Shown piece after piece: positions 29,592 to 40,374 of a DNA stretch of 64,000 nt. Numbering within the stretch: the first letter of the stretch is position 1; every line of letters begins with the position of its first letter. The stretch is from Candidatus Dojkabacteria bacterium UBA4813. GTDB taxonomy: Bacteria > Patescibacteriota > Dojkabacteria > SC72. Where the stretch lies: NCBI GenBank assembly GCA_002402455.1, contig DHFX01000006.1, forward strand, positions 20,408 through 84,407, given 5' to 3'. A model generated the notes under the pieces. It was not told the origin of the DNA. It did no database searches and was given only the letters and a program-made list of their open reading frames with translations. A program made the position numbers and the translations under genes.

Positions 29592-30122
29592 ATGAAGAAG
29601 AACAAAACAGAAAACAAAAGCAAGGATTTAAGTGCAGATCAATTAGAAAAAAGAATCCAAGAGTTGGCACTTACTATTGACAGAGTGGAAGATGAGAAAT
29701 TAAAGGTAGAAAATCAGTTAAAGAGAGCCTTAGCAGATTACCATAATCTTTTGAAGAACTCTGAGAAGAGAGATAAGCTTAGATTACACCAGATAAAGAG
29801 AAATTTGTACGATACAATAATTCCAACTCTAGATGCTTTAATGTTAGCTGTGGTTGCTAGTAAGGATATAAAGATGGACGAGAGAGGGCAATCTTGGTTA
29901 CAAGGGATATTAGCTACTATTGAAGAGATGAAAAAGGGTTTGAAAGGGATTGGATTTGAACAATATATCCCAGAGAAGGGGGATGATTTTGACAGTAATA
30001 TGCATGAGGCAATAGCAACAGTCCAAGAAGGAGAAAAAGGGAAAATATATGATACTGTTCAACCGGGATATATATTAGATGGGTCAGTAATGCGACCTGC
30101 AAGGGTCGTAGTATCTAAATAG
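29592..30122 (+). CDS. grpE: Nucleotide exchange factor GrpE
   Basis: RALADYHN, FDSNMHEA, GY...MRPARVVV. Confidence 0.93.
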   Translation: MKKNKTENKSKDLSADQLEKRIQELALTIDRVEDEKLKVENQLKRALADYHNLLKNSEKRDKLRLHQIKRNLYDTIIPTLDALMLAVVASKDIKMDERGQSWLQGILATIEEMKKGLKGIGFEQYIPEKGDDFDSNMHEAIATVQEGEKGKIYDTVQPGYILDGSVMRPARVVVSK

Positions 30123-30147
30123 AAATTAAATTTTAACAGATAATATT

Positions 30148-32058
30148 ATGTCAAAAGTAATAGGAATAGATCTAGGAACAACCAATTCGGTCATGGCCTA
30201 TATGGAGGGTGGGAAGCCCAATGTAATTCCAAATGCGCAAGGAGGGAGGTTAACTCCTTCTGTTGTCGCAGAGGATAACAAAGGAGAGATCTTAGTTGGA
30301 GCTCCTGCAAAAAATCAAGCTATAACAAATCCTGAAGGAACTATATATTCAGTTAAAAGATTGATCGGGAGATCTTGGGATGACCCTGAAGTGAAGAAAG
30401 ATAAAGAATTACTTCCTTTTGAAATGAGAAAGTCAGATAGTGGGGGCGTTGAAGTTAAGATGGGAAGTAAGTGGTATACACCTCAGGAAATTTCTGCAAA
30501 AATTCTGTCAAAAATGAAGAAAGATGCGGAGGAATTCTTAGGAGAGGAAGTAGAAGAAGCTGTAATTACAGTTCCCGCCTACTTTGATGACTCACAGAGG
30601 CAGGCTACAAAAGATGCTGGAAAAATAGCAGGTCTTAAAGTTAAAAGAATTGTTAATGAGCCAACCGCGGCTGCATTGGCATACGGTTTAGACAAGGGGA
30701 AGGACGAGAAGGTTGCAATCTTCGACTTGGGAGGAGGAACTTTTGATATCTCAATTCTCGAAATAGGAGACGGAGTTTTTGAAGTTCTCTCTACAAATGG
30801 TGATACTCACTTAGGTGGAGATGACTTTGACCAAGTAATAATAGATTACCTAGCAGATGAATTTAAAGCGAAAGAGGGTTTTGATCTTAGAGAAGATAGA
30901 ACAGCACTACAAAGATTGAGGGAGGCTGCAGAGAAGGCCAAGATGGAGCTTTCTACTTCTGAGGAAACTGAGATAAATATCCCTTACATTACAGCAACCG
31001 ACAAGGGACCAAAACACCTGAATGAGAAGTTGAGTAGAGCCAAACTTGAGCAGTTAACCTCAGATCTAATTGACAAAACAGTAAAACCTTGTGAAAAGGC
31101 TCTTAAAGATGCGAACATTAAAAAAGAAGACGTGGACCAAATTCTCTTGGTCGGTGGTATGACAAGAATGCCTGCAATTGTTAAGAAGGTAAAGGAGATC
31201 TTCGGTAAAGAACCAAACAAGAGTGTAAATCCGGATGAAATAGTAGGAGTTGGAGCAGCAATTCAGGCTGGAGTTTTAGCAGGGGATGTTAAAGATATTA
31301 CCTTACTGGATGTAACACCACTATCTTTGGGTTTAGAGACACTAGGAGGGGTTATGACAAGACTTATAGATAGGAATACGACAATTCCCGTAGAGAAGAA
31401 ACAGATCTTTTCAACAGCTGCAGATAACCAACCTGCAGTAGAGATTCATGTCCTCCAGGGGGAGAGAGAAATGGCACAAGATAATAAAACCTTAGGCAGA
31501 TTCATCTTGGATGGAATTCCACCAGCTCCTAGAGGTGTTCCCCAAATTGAAGTTACATTCTCAATAGATGCAAATGGAATTCTTAATGTTAAAGCCGTAG
31601 ATCTTGCTACCAAGAAAGAACAGAAGATAACGATTACTGCATCGACTGGTCTAAAGGAAGAAGAGATAGACGAGATGGTTAAGGAAGCTGAGAAGCATGC
31701 TGAGGAAGACAAGAAGAAGAGGGAAAGGGCAGAGGTAAGAAATAACGCTGATACTCTTTGCTTTAGTGTTGAAAAGCTACTTAAGGAAAACAAAGATAAA
31801 ATTGATGAGAAACAGAGGGAAGAAATGGAAAAGCTCTCAAATGAACTAAAGAAATTAATAGAAAAGGAGGATTTTGACAAAGAAGAGGTAGAGAAGAAAA
31901 CAGAAGAGCTCTCAGAGAAGATGCAGGAAGTTGGGAAAAGGATGTACGAACAGGCAAGTAAGGAACAATCACCTAAAGAAAAGGAAGAAGAGGACGCAAA
32001 AGGAGGAGATGGTAAGGAAGAGGAGGTTAAAGAAGGAGAGGTTGTAGACGAAAAGTAG
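30148..32058 (+). CDS. dnaK: Chaperone DnaK
   Basis: [32 protein letters not shown]. Confidence 0.98.
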   Translation: MSKVIGIDLGTTNSVMAYMEGGKPNVIPNAQGGRLTPSVVAEDNKGEILVGAPAKNQAITNPEGTIYSVKRLIGRSWDDPEVKKDKELLPFEMRKSDSGGVEVKMGSKWYTPQEISAKILSKMKKDAEEFLGEEVEEAVITVPAYFDDSQRQATKDAGKIAGLKVKRIVNEPTAAALAYGLDKGKDEKVAIFDLGGGTFDISILEIGDGVFEVLSTNGDTHLGGDDFDQVIIDYLADEFKAKEGFDLREDRTALQRLREAAEKAKMELSTSEETEINIPYITATDKGPKHLNEKLSRAKLEQLTSDLIDKTVKPCEKALKDANIKKEDVDQILLVGGMTRMPAIVKKVKEIFGKEPNKSVNPDEIVGVGAAIQAGVLAGDVKDITLLDVTPLSLGLETLGGVMTRLIDRNTTIPVEKKQIFSTAADNQPAVEIHVLQGEREMAQDNKTLGRFILDGIPPAPRGVPQIEVTFSIDANGILNVKAVDLATKKEQKITITASTGLKEEEIDEMVKEAEKHAEEDKKKRERAEVRNNADTLCFSVEKLLKENKDKIDEKQREEMEKLSNELKKLIEKEDFDKEEVEKKTEELSEKMQEVGKRMYEQASKEQSPKEKEEEDAKGGDGKEEEVKEGEVVDEK

Positions 32059-32067
32059 GTGTGAAAG

Positions 32068-32103
32068 ACGTTGGGAAAGTCATTGGACTTTTCCAACGTT
32101 TAT
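32068..32103 (+). terminator. Intrinsic terminator-like hairpin after dnaK
   Basis: ACGTTGGGAAAGTC-ATTG-GACTTTTCCAACGT, a 14-bp stem followed by a short T-rich run. Confidence 0.7.
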
Positions 32104-32162
32104 GGTAGCATTTACTATTAATGTGTTGGTTAGTATATCTTTAATATCTTTACTGCCCTAGT

Positions 32163-34493
32163 ATGTTACAAGAATCCACGCAAAATTCTAGAGAAGGAAT
32201 AAATATCTCAACCATACAGAAGTTTCTATTCAAAGGGCTATTATTTTTGCTCCCTCTAACTATTTTCCCCTTCCCTTGGGATTGGACAGAAAGAGGAATG
32301 TCTCTGTTGATACTCTTTGTTTCAACAGTAATCTTGGGTTTAGAGGTTATAAAGCTTCTCTGGGGAGGTACTTTCAGTATTCTAAAGAGTTCAATAGATA
32401 TAGGTTTTTTTCTAATCTTGTTCTCATATTTGTTGTCAACAATCTTCTCAGTAGATATAAACACTAGTCTATGGGGAATCGATGGAAGGTTGGGAAGTGG
32501 ATTAATTGTGTTTATTGCTGTTTTATTAGTAAGTATAGTCGCAAGAGGATTTATAAAAGGGGAAAAAGATGTTCGTTCTCTCATATTTATTTTTTTAATT
32601 GGCTTCTTTATTAATAACGTGTTGAGCTTGTTCTCTTTCTTCGGGTTTAATGTTTGGGGATTTATTCCTGTTTATAAAGACTTATATCAAGCAGGATTGC
32701 CTCTGTTAAGATTTGGAGGTGTCCATCTTCTTGTAAATTTTGTTAGTCTAATTCTTTCTCTAGGACTAATAGGTGAATATCTAATAAGTCAGAAAAGAAA
32801 GGTAGAATTTATAATGTCCATAATTTTTGGACTTTTTTCTGCAATAAATGTCTGGGTATTTTCTATCAATGAGGGTTTGGTAACAATCTCCGTTCTATTA
32901 GTTCTATTGATAGGATTATTGATCCCAGTGCTGAAATTTATAAAAATAGATAAAGAAACCTCGCGTCAGGTATTTCTTCTCTCTTTAATAACTGTTTTTA
33001 TAGTCATTATTCCCGTAATTTTCTTGCAAATTCCGAACATTAGGGAATCTATTTTACCTAAAGATTTAGAGGTAGTTTCCGAGCTTTCTCTCGGATTTGA
33101 CCTTTCTTGGAAGATTTTTGCTTCTACTATTGTTAATGGATTTGTACCGGGATTCTTAGGATATGGTTTGGGAACATATCCGATTGCATATAATAAATTC
33201 AAACCGTTAGATACAGGGCTTCTTTCTTTAGGGGACTCTACTTTTCAAATGGGGGTAAGCGAGGTTCTTACAAAAATTACTACTGGGGGATTTCTGTGGT
33301 TTTTTGTTTGGCTCTTTGTAGGGTTTTTAATAATCAAGTCTTTCATAAAGGATCTTAAGGATGCAAGAGAAATAAATGACACTAGTGGAGCTTGGAGATT
33401 TTTAATAATAGATGTTACATTACTGGTATTATTCGTTGCCTCTTTCTTCTTTTCATTTACTGTTTTAATAACTTTCTTACTACTAACTTTGGTTTCCATC
33501 CGGTCAATAATAAGAGAATATTTAAAGGGTTCTCCTGGGGATAAATTCATATTAAAGTTCTGGGCTGTTAATTTGGATAGTCTATCTAGTGGAAATAAGT
33601 CTTTATACAACTTTAATATTTTTCTGACGGTTATTGTCGCTATCATATCCGTATTTTTACTCGGAGTCTGTTTCACAAAAACAGTATCAAGCTTCCATGT
33701 TTTAGGGGCTGAGGCATACTCGATTAGAGAAAATAGAAAATATCAGGACGATCCGGAGGCTCAGCCAACACTTGAGGAAAGAGAGAAATTTGCGCTAGAG
33801 GTAGATAACTATTATTCTAAGGCTTTAGCTCTAGATGAGGATAACCCTTTTTACAATAGAAAGAAGGCGCTTATTCTACTAGAACAGTTGGGTGTTGTTG
33901 CAGAGGCATACTCTAAGATACCCGAAGAAGATACGGAACAGAGAGACCAATATCTACAAGCAATTATGACTCTTAAGAACAATGCCGTGGAATTCGCAAG
34001 AAAAGCAACAGATATCTCTCCGGCTGTTTATGCTAATTGGCTGACAAGATCAACAGTTTATACTGGTCTGGTGGGAGCAGGTTTTGATGAGCATATATCT
34101 GATGCTATAAATTCATTAGAGATGGCAATAACTCTCAATCCTCTTAACTACCAACTTTACAATACACTTGCCCAAGTTTATATAGTAAAAGGGGATCAAG
34201 CAGTTGCACTACAGTATCTATTAGAAGTTCTTCGTATTAATCCGAGACATATTCCTTCTATACTTCTAGCTGCAGACTTAAGTAAAGAAGCAGAAGATAT
34301 GGAGTCATATGTAGCTTACCTAGAGGCAGCAAAATTGATCCTTGAACAGGAAGAAGCTACGGAACTGGACCTTTACCAAGAAGTACTTACTGCTCTTGAG
34401 GAAGCTGATGCTGGGGATGTAGAATTACCAAAGGAACCTGAAGAAGGTGGGGAGGTAGGGGTACCAGAGCCGGATTCGGAGGTTTCTGAATAG
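32163..34493 (+). CDS. Polytopic membrane protein (O-antigen ligase-like) with C-terminal TPR repeats
   Basis: About 12 TMs, SLWG..GR, GYGLGTY motif of Wzy_C/O-ligase-like proteins, TPR helices (AITLNPLN, VLRINP). CTGCC lies 5 nt before the ATG. Confidence 0.7.
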   Translation: MLQESTQNSREGINISTIQKFLFKGLLFLLPLTIFPFPWDWTERGMSLLILFVSTVILGLEVIKLLWGGTFSILKSSIDIGFFLILFSYLLSTIFSVDINTSLWGIDGRLGSGLIVFIAVLLVSIVARGFIKGEKDVRSLIFIFLIGFFINNVLSLFSFFGFNVWGFIPVYKDLYQAGLPLLRFGGVHLLVNFVSLILSLGLIGEYLISQKRKVEFIMSIIFGLFSAINVWVFSINEGLVTISVLLVLLIGLLIPVLKFIKIDKETSRQVFLLSLITVFIVIIPVIFLQIPNIRESILPKDLEVVSELSLGFDLSWKIFASTIVNGFVPGFLGYGLGTYPIAYNKFKPLDTGLLSLGDSTFQMGVSEVLTKITTGGFLWFFVWLFVGFLIIKSFIKDLKDAREINDTSGAWRFLIIDVTLLVLFVASFFFSFTVLITFLLLTLVSIRSIIREYLKGSPGDKFILKFWAVNLDSLSSGNKSLYNFNIFLTVIVAIISVFLLGVCFTKTVSSFHVLGAEAYSIRENRKYQDDPEAQPTLEEREKFALEVDNYYSKALALDEDNPFYNRKKALILLEQLGVVAEAYSKIPEEDTEQRDQYLQAIMTLKNNAVEFARKATDISPAVYANWLTRSTVYTGLVGAGFDEHISDAINSLEMAITLNPLNYQLYNTLAQVYIVKGDQAVALQYLLEVLRINPRHIPSILLAADLSKEAEDMESYVAYLEAAKLILEQEEATELDLYQEVLTALEEADAGDVELPKEPEEGGEVGVPEPDSEVSE

Positions 34494-35197
34494 TACGGTC
34501 TTCCTCTGAACAGACACAAGGCATTTATTTCAGTATCTTTGCTAACATTCTTTCTGAGTACTAATGAGATGGCTTCTAATGTTGCTCCCGTTGTTATTAC
34601 ATCATCCAGTATTGTTATACTTGAAAATTCGTCTAGGGAGAGACTATTTCTAAGAGTGAAAGTTCCCTCTTTAATCTCTTTCCTCTCATCTTTGTCTCTT
34701 AGAGATTGATGACCATAACTATCTTTTCTTATTATTTGATCTTCAAGAAATGGAATATTGAAAACTTCTGCCACCCTTTTTGCTATTTCAGTCGTTTGGT
34801 TAAACCCCCTCTCATGTAATCTATCTTTTGCCAAAGGGACATTTGTTAAAAGTGTTCCCTTTAGCTTTTTATCAAAAGTAGAGTTTTTAATACTCTCAAT
34901 AAAGATTTCTATTAACGTATGCGAAATACTCTGGACGTAATTATATTTATATTTTTTTAAAAGAATGGAGGATAGAGAATTATATTCCCAAGCAACAAAG
35001 ACATGATTGAGAGAATTCTCTTTTCTTTCCTCCTTACACTCATAATGTGTTTTGTAATCAGGGGAAATCTTTCTACAAATATAACATTCCGGAAGAGCTC
35101 TTTTAAAAAGTTTTTTGCAATGGTTACAGAGATAAGAGCCTTTCTTCCCACATATAGCACAGCTTTTTGGGAAAATGGTGTCTAGGAAATTGGCCAT
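34373..35197 (-). CDS. comF: ComF family protein
   Basis: FPKSCAICG double Zn ribbon, RGFNQ, ILDDVITTGATL PRTase motif. Confidence 0.88.
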   Translation of the reverse strand: MANFLDTIFPKSCAICGKKGSYLCNHCKKLFKRALPECYICRKISPDYKTHYECKEERKENSLNHVFVAWEYNSLSSILLKKYKYNYVQSISHTLIEIFIESIKNSTFDKKLKGTLLTNVPLAKDRLHERGFNQTTEIAKRVAEVFNIPFLEDQIIRKDSYGHQSLRDKDERKEIKEGTFTLRNSLSLDEFSSITILDDVITTGATLEAISLVLRKNVSKDTEINALCLFRGRPYYSETSESGSGTPTSPPSSGSFGNSTSPASASSRAVSTSW

Positions 35198-35310
35198 CCT
35201 AAATCTTTGCAGAAGAAGATTAAAATTAGGTTAAGCCTTTTCTGTTGTATATCTCATTGATAAAAATATTAGATTAAATTATCATATACCCATACTCAAT
35301 ACTCTAGATT

Positions 35311-37110
35311 ATGTTAAAAATTCTTAAACAAAAAAATAGCATCTCGTTTGTAATGCTTCTTTTGCTTATTACAAAAATCCTCGGATTCTTAAAGCTAAGA
35401 ACAATAGCCCAGCTGTTTGGAGTCTCTCATGAATTAGATATCTTTTGGGCGGCTTTTACGATTCCAGATATGTTATTCATGCTCTTAGTGGCGGGTTCTA
35501 TAAACGCAGCAATCATTCCTACTCTTTCAGAAATATTTAGAAAGGAAGGAAAGGATTCCTTAGACAAATTCTTTAACCACTTAATGGTTATAGTTTCCTC
35601 ACTCCTTATTTTTATTGCCCTTATCCTCTTTATTTTTACTCCTCAATTGGCAACACTATTAACAGAGTCAGAGGTATTGCAGGATTTTCTGAAATTTGGA
35701 CAAAGAGTAGGTTCTGGGGATTTTGATTTATTTGTTTCTTTGACAAGAATTATGATGCTCTCTCCAGTACTCCTGGGGATTAGTGGTCTAGTCACAGGAT
35801 ATTTACAGGTAAGGAAGCAATTCTTTGTTACCTCTCTTGCACCTCTCTTCTACAATTTAGCGATGATTCTTGGATCAGTGGTTTTGGTTGTAGGATTCAA
35901 TATGGGTGTTGAGGGAGTTGCCATTTCTGCAGTATTAGGTTCTCTCGTACATCTTCTTGTTCAGATCCCTAAATTTAAAGAATATTTTGACAGTCCCATT
36001 GAGTTCGGGATATCACCCTTAATTGAGGGATTAAAACACAACAAGACAATGCAAGCTGTCAGACTAGCTTTACCCAGAACAATCGCAGTTTTAGGAGAAC
36101 AAATAAATACCATAGTTAATACCCTAATAAGTTTTTCACTTGCAGCAGGTGCTCTTAGCGCCTATAAATTTGCTGTAAGTTTGCATCTGTTTCCTATAAA
36201 TATCATTGGGAGTGCAATTGCCCAAGTTGCTCTACCTAGTCTTGAGGAGAGTTGCGAAGATGAAGATAAATATTGTAAGGTTTTGAACAGTTCCATACAG
36301 AAAGCTCTTTTTTTGGTCTTACCAATAGTTTCTATTTTGATAATTTTAAGACTACCCATAGTCCGACTTGCTTATGGAGTTGGAGCATTTGACTGGAGAG
36401 CTACAATCTTAACGGCATGGTGTCTGCTTCTCCTTAGTTTCTCTGTTATTGGTCAGAGCATAGATCAGATCTTACTAAGAGCATTTTATGCTCTTAAAGA
36501 GACGTGGCTCCCCTTAATAGCCGTTACGGTTGGGATTATTGTTAATATCGGTTTCGCAATTTTTCTGACTAACTTTCTAAGTCACTACTATGACTGGAGG
36601 CCAATTCTTGAACAAATGTTTATGCAGATTAAAGATTCTAATGGTGCAGGATTAGGTCCTGTTCTTGGTTCTTTCATAAAAGATTCCGTAAGGTGGGCAA
36701 CTACAAGAGGGACTTCAGATCTTGCTGTCGGAGGTTTGTCTCTTAGCTTAAGTATCTCTTACTTAGTAGAAATGGTTGTTTTATCCCTCCTTTTGAATTT
36801 AAAAGTAAAAGTTATTACTTGGAAGAAGACAATTATTCCGTCTTTAATGAAACTAATGAATGCCTTTCTAATGAGTTTGGGAATGTATTTTGTTTTTAAG
36901 CTTTTCGACTTCCAGCTAGATACTACAAGGACAATATCTATTGTTATCTTAACTGTGGTAACTACAGCGTATGGTTTTCTCTCCTATTTTGTTGGTTGCA
37001 AAGTCTTTGGAATTCAAGAAGTTAACTTATTGGATGAAATAATTGAAGATATTAAAAAGAATTTATTTAAAAGAAAGAAAAGGAAAGTCGATGTTCAAGA
37101 AGGTATTTAG
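35311..37110 (+). CDS. murJ: Lipid II flippase MurJ/MviN
   Basis: KILGFLK, AFTIPD, AGSINAAIIP, LRAFYALK; about 14 TMs. Confidence 0.88.
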   Translation: MLKILKQKNSISFVMLLLLITKILGFLKLRTIAQLFGVSHELDIFWAAFTIPDMLFMLLVAGSINAAIIPTLSEIFRKEGKDSLDKFFNHLMVIVSSLLIFIALILFIFTPQLATLLTESEVLQDFLKFGQRVGSGDFDLFVSLTRIMMLSPVLLGISGLVTGYLQVRKQFFVTSLAPLFYNLAMILGSVVLVVGFNMGVEGVAISAVLGSLVHLLVQIPKFKEYFDSPIEFGISPLIEGLKHNKTMQAVRLALPRTIAVLGEQINTIVNTLISFSLAAGALSAYKFAVSLHLFPINIIGSAIAQVALPSLEESCEDEDKYCKVLNSSIQKALFLVLPIVSILIILRLPIVRLAYGVGAFDWRATILTAWCLLLLSFSVIGQSIDQILLRAFYALKETWLPLIAVTVGIIVNIGFAIFLTNFLSHYYDWRPILEQMFMQIKDSNGAGLGPVLGSFIKDSVRWATTRGTSDLAVGGLSLSLSISYLVEMVVLSLLLNLKVKVITWKKTIIPSLMKLMNAFLMSLGMYFVFKLFDFQLDTTRTISIVILTVVTTAYGFLSYFVGCKVFGIQEVNLLDEIIEDIKKNLFKRKKRKVDVQEGI

Positions 37111-37696
37111 AATTCTCTTATTAGTATTTCTTTTTGTAACTATTGCTTTAGTGGCTGTAGACTTTGTTTCTTATCTTGGATATTCTAAATGGGAAGAGGA
37201 AGAACTATCTAAACAAGATATAACCTGTATGTCAGATATTACGGTGGAATCTTCCATCGTAGAAGATAAAATAAAGAAATTTACACTCTCGGATACCAGA
37301 ACAGACTTTATTGTTTTAACTGAATCAGAGATGCTTTATCTGCTTGGGGAAAACTTTACAGAGGAGGGGGGAGATATATCTGTTGAAGATATTTGTCTTA
37401 AACCATCTCAAGGATTATGGCAGCTGTATCTAAAAAGCGAGTACAAAGGGATATCTATTCCATGGTTGGTTTTAGATATAGCAAAGGACAATATTGAAAC
37501 TGCAGAGGTATATGTTAGAAAAGTGTACATAGGAAACTTGAATCTTCCGGAGTTTTTAGAAGCTAGATTGAAGGGAGATTTAAATAAGGGAATATCTGAT
37601 GGCATTATAATGCTTAATGAAAATAATTTCCTAGGGAGAAGAATAGACAATATAGAATTACTTGAGGACAGGGTTGTATTCAAAGGAACAAGGTAG
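37091..37696 (+). CDS. Hypothetical membrane-anchored protein
   Basis: ATG 37091 (MFKKVFRILL) gives an N-terminal TM and overlaps the murJ end. Confidence 0.7.
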   Translation: MFKKVFRILLLVFLFVTIALVAVDFVSYLGYSKWEEEELSKQDITCMSDITVESSIVEDKIKKFTLSDTRTDFIVLTESEMLYLLGENFTEEGGDISVEDICLKPSQGLWQLYLKSEYKGISIPWLVLDIAKDNIETAEVYVRKVYIGNLNLPEFLEARLKGDLNKGISDGIIMLNENNFLGRRIDNIELLEDRVVFKGTR

Positions 37697-37782
37697 ATCC
37701 CTTAATGTCCTTTATTTAACCTATATCTTTATTTAATTACAATTAAGACTTGAAGAAAGTCAACCCTCTGTGATACAATTCT

Positions 37783-37809
37783 TTGGCAATCATTAAATTA
37801 ATCTGCTAA
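37783..37809 (+). promoter_or_regulatory. CIRCE-like operator of groES-groEL
   Basis: TTGGCA-N15-TGCTAA just downstream of extended -10 TGaTACAAT. Confidence 0.8.
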
Positions 37810-37815
37810 AAATCT

Positions 37816-38115
37816 ATGGCAAAAAGTATAAAAATACAACCAATAGGAAACAGAGTTTTAGTAAAACCTGATGAAATAGAGGAAAAAACATCAGGAGGAT
37901 TGGTTCTCCCACCTAGTGCAAGCGAGGATCAGAAGCCCGAAACAGGCACTATTATTAAGCTGGGAAAAGGCAAAATTGACGGGAAGGAAGTTTCCTTTGA
38001 AGTTTCTGTAGGAGACAGAATTTATTTTAAGAAATATTCTCCGGATGAAATTTTAATAGACGGAGATAAATACCTTTTACTCAACGAAGAAGATATTCTT
38101 GCAATCATTAAATAG
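37816..38115 (+). CDS. groES: Co-chaperonin GroES
   Basis: IQPIGNRVLV, TSGGLVLP, EEDILAI. Confidence 0.96.
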   Translation: MAKSIKIQPIGNRVLVKPDEIEEKTSGGLVLPPSASEDQKPETGTIIKLGKGKIDGKEVSFEVSVGDRIYFKKYSPDEILIDGDKYLLLNEEDILAIIK

Positions 38116-38128
38116 TTAAATTTATTAG

Positions 38129-39769
<1,641 letters not shown>

Positions 39770-39776
39770 TCTCTTT

Positions 39777-39834
39777 TTCTAAAATAAATCTTCTATAAAA
39801 TAAGTCTTCTAGAACAAATCTTCTAAAATAAATA
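39777..39834. repeat. Four degenerate tandem 14-16 bp repeats
   Basis: TTCTAAAATAAATC / TTCTATAAAATAAGTC / TTCTAGAACAAATC / TTCTAAAATAAATA. Confidence 0.65.
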
Positions 39835-39835
39835 A

Positions 39836-39857
39836 GGGAGGCAAAAGCCTCCCCTTT
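39836..39857. terminator. Intrinsic terminator, probably bidirectional
   Basis: GGGAGGC-AAAA-GCCTCCC with A-rich left and T-containing right flank, between convergent genes. Confidence 0.75.
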
Positions 39858-39875
39858 ACGTCTTTTATATCTTTT

Positions 39876-40340
39876 TTATTTTTTACTAGAGATAATGTCT
39901 ATCCAATTATCCTTTAGCCAAGTATCTGCTTTCTCTTGTTCCTCTAACAACCCTCTCTTTGCTAATTCCTTATCTATAACATTCCCTTGATGGGGATTCT
40001 TAAACCTCTTCTGAAGAGGGGAACTAAAACCATGTGTGTAATGACATAGTTCATGAGCAATAGTTGCTCTAATAACAAACTCAGGAATATTCTCATCTTG
40101 GAAATATCTTGTAATGGTTATTACAGTAATACTCTTGTCATCTTGTATTTCATAATCTTCTCTCATTCTTCTTAGCAATCCCTTGATTCTAGTTCTTTCT
40201 GTTGCGAGCTTAATACTTCCTAATTGTCTTTGGGAATATTTCCCATACTTGATTAGAACTAAATTCCTCCTAGGAACATCACAGAAATGATTCTCCCAGA
40301 GTTCATACAATAAATTTTCTAAAAATTTCTCATTTCTCAT
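39876..40340 (-). CDS. SprT-like zinc metalloprotease domain protein
   Basis: IAHELCH (HExxH) followed by PHQG. Confidence 0.7.
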   Translation of the reverse strand: MRNEKFLENLLYELWENHFCDVPRRNLVLIKYGKYSQRQLGSIKLATERTRIKGLLRRMREDYEIQDDKSITVITITRYFQDENIPEFVIRATIAHELCHYTHGFSSPLQKRFKNPHQGNVIDKELAKRGLLEEQEKADTWLKDNWIDIISSKK

Positions 40341-40374
40341 TTTCCTACCTCTTTAAGCATGCTATCATATTCTA

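Noticed and set aside
31446-32096. 216-aa Ser-rich ORF antisense to dnaK, and similar shadow ORFs across the window
   Set aside because: Ser/Phe/Leu-rich antisense readings of GAA/AAA-rich genes; no independent coding evidence.
35198-35215. CTGCA upstream of comF as a motif instance
   Set aside because: It has a mismatch and 10-nt spacing, outside the 2-6 nt range.
37803-37815. groES CTGCT as a member of the CTGCC regulon
   Set aside because: It is explained as the right arm of the CIRCE operator and lies 8 nt from the ATG, so it was not counted.
39777-39834. Possible mini-CRISPR
   Set aside because: Units are 14-16 bp and directly adjacent, with no spacers and no cas genes.
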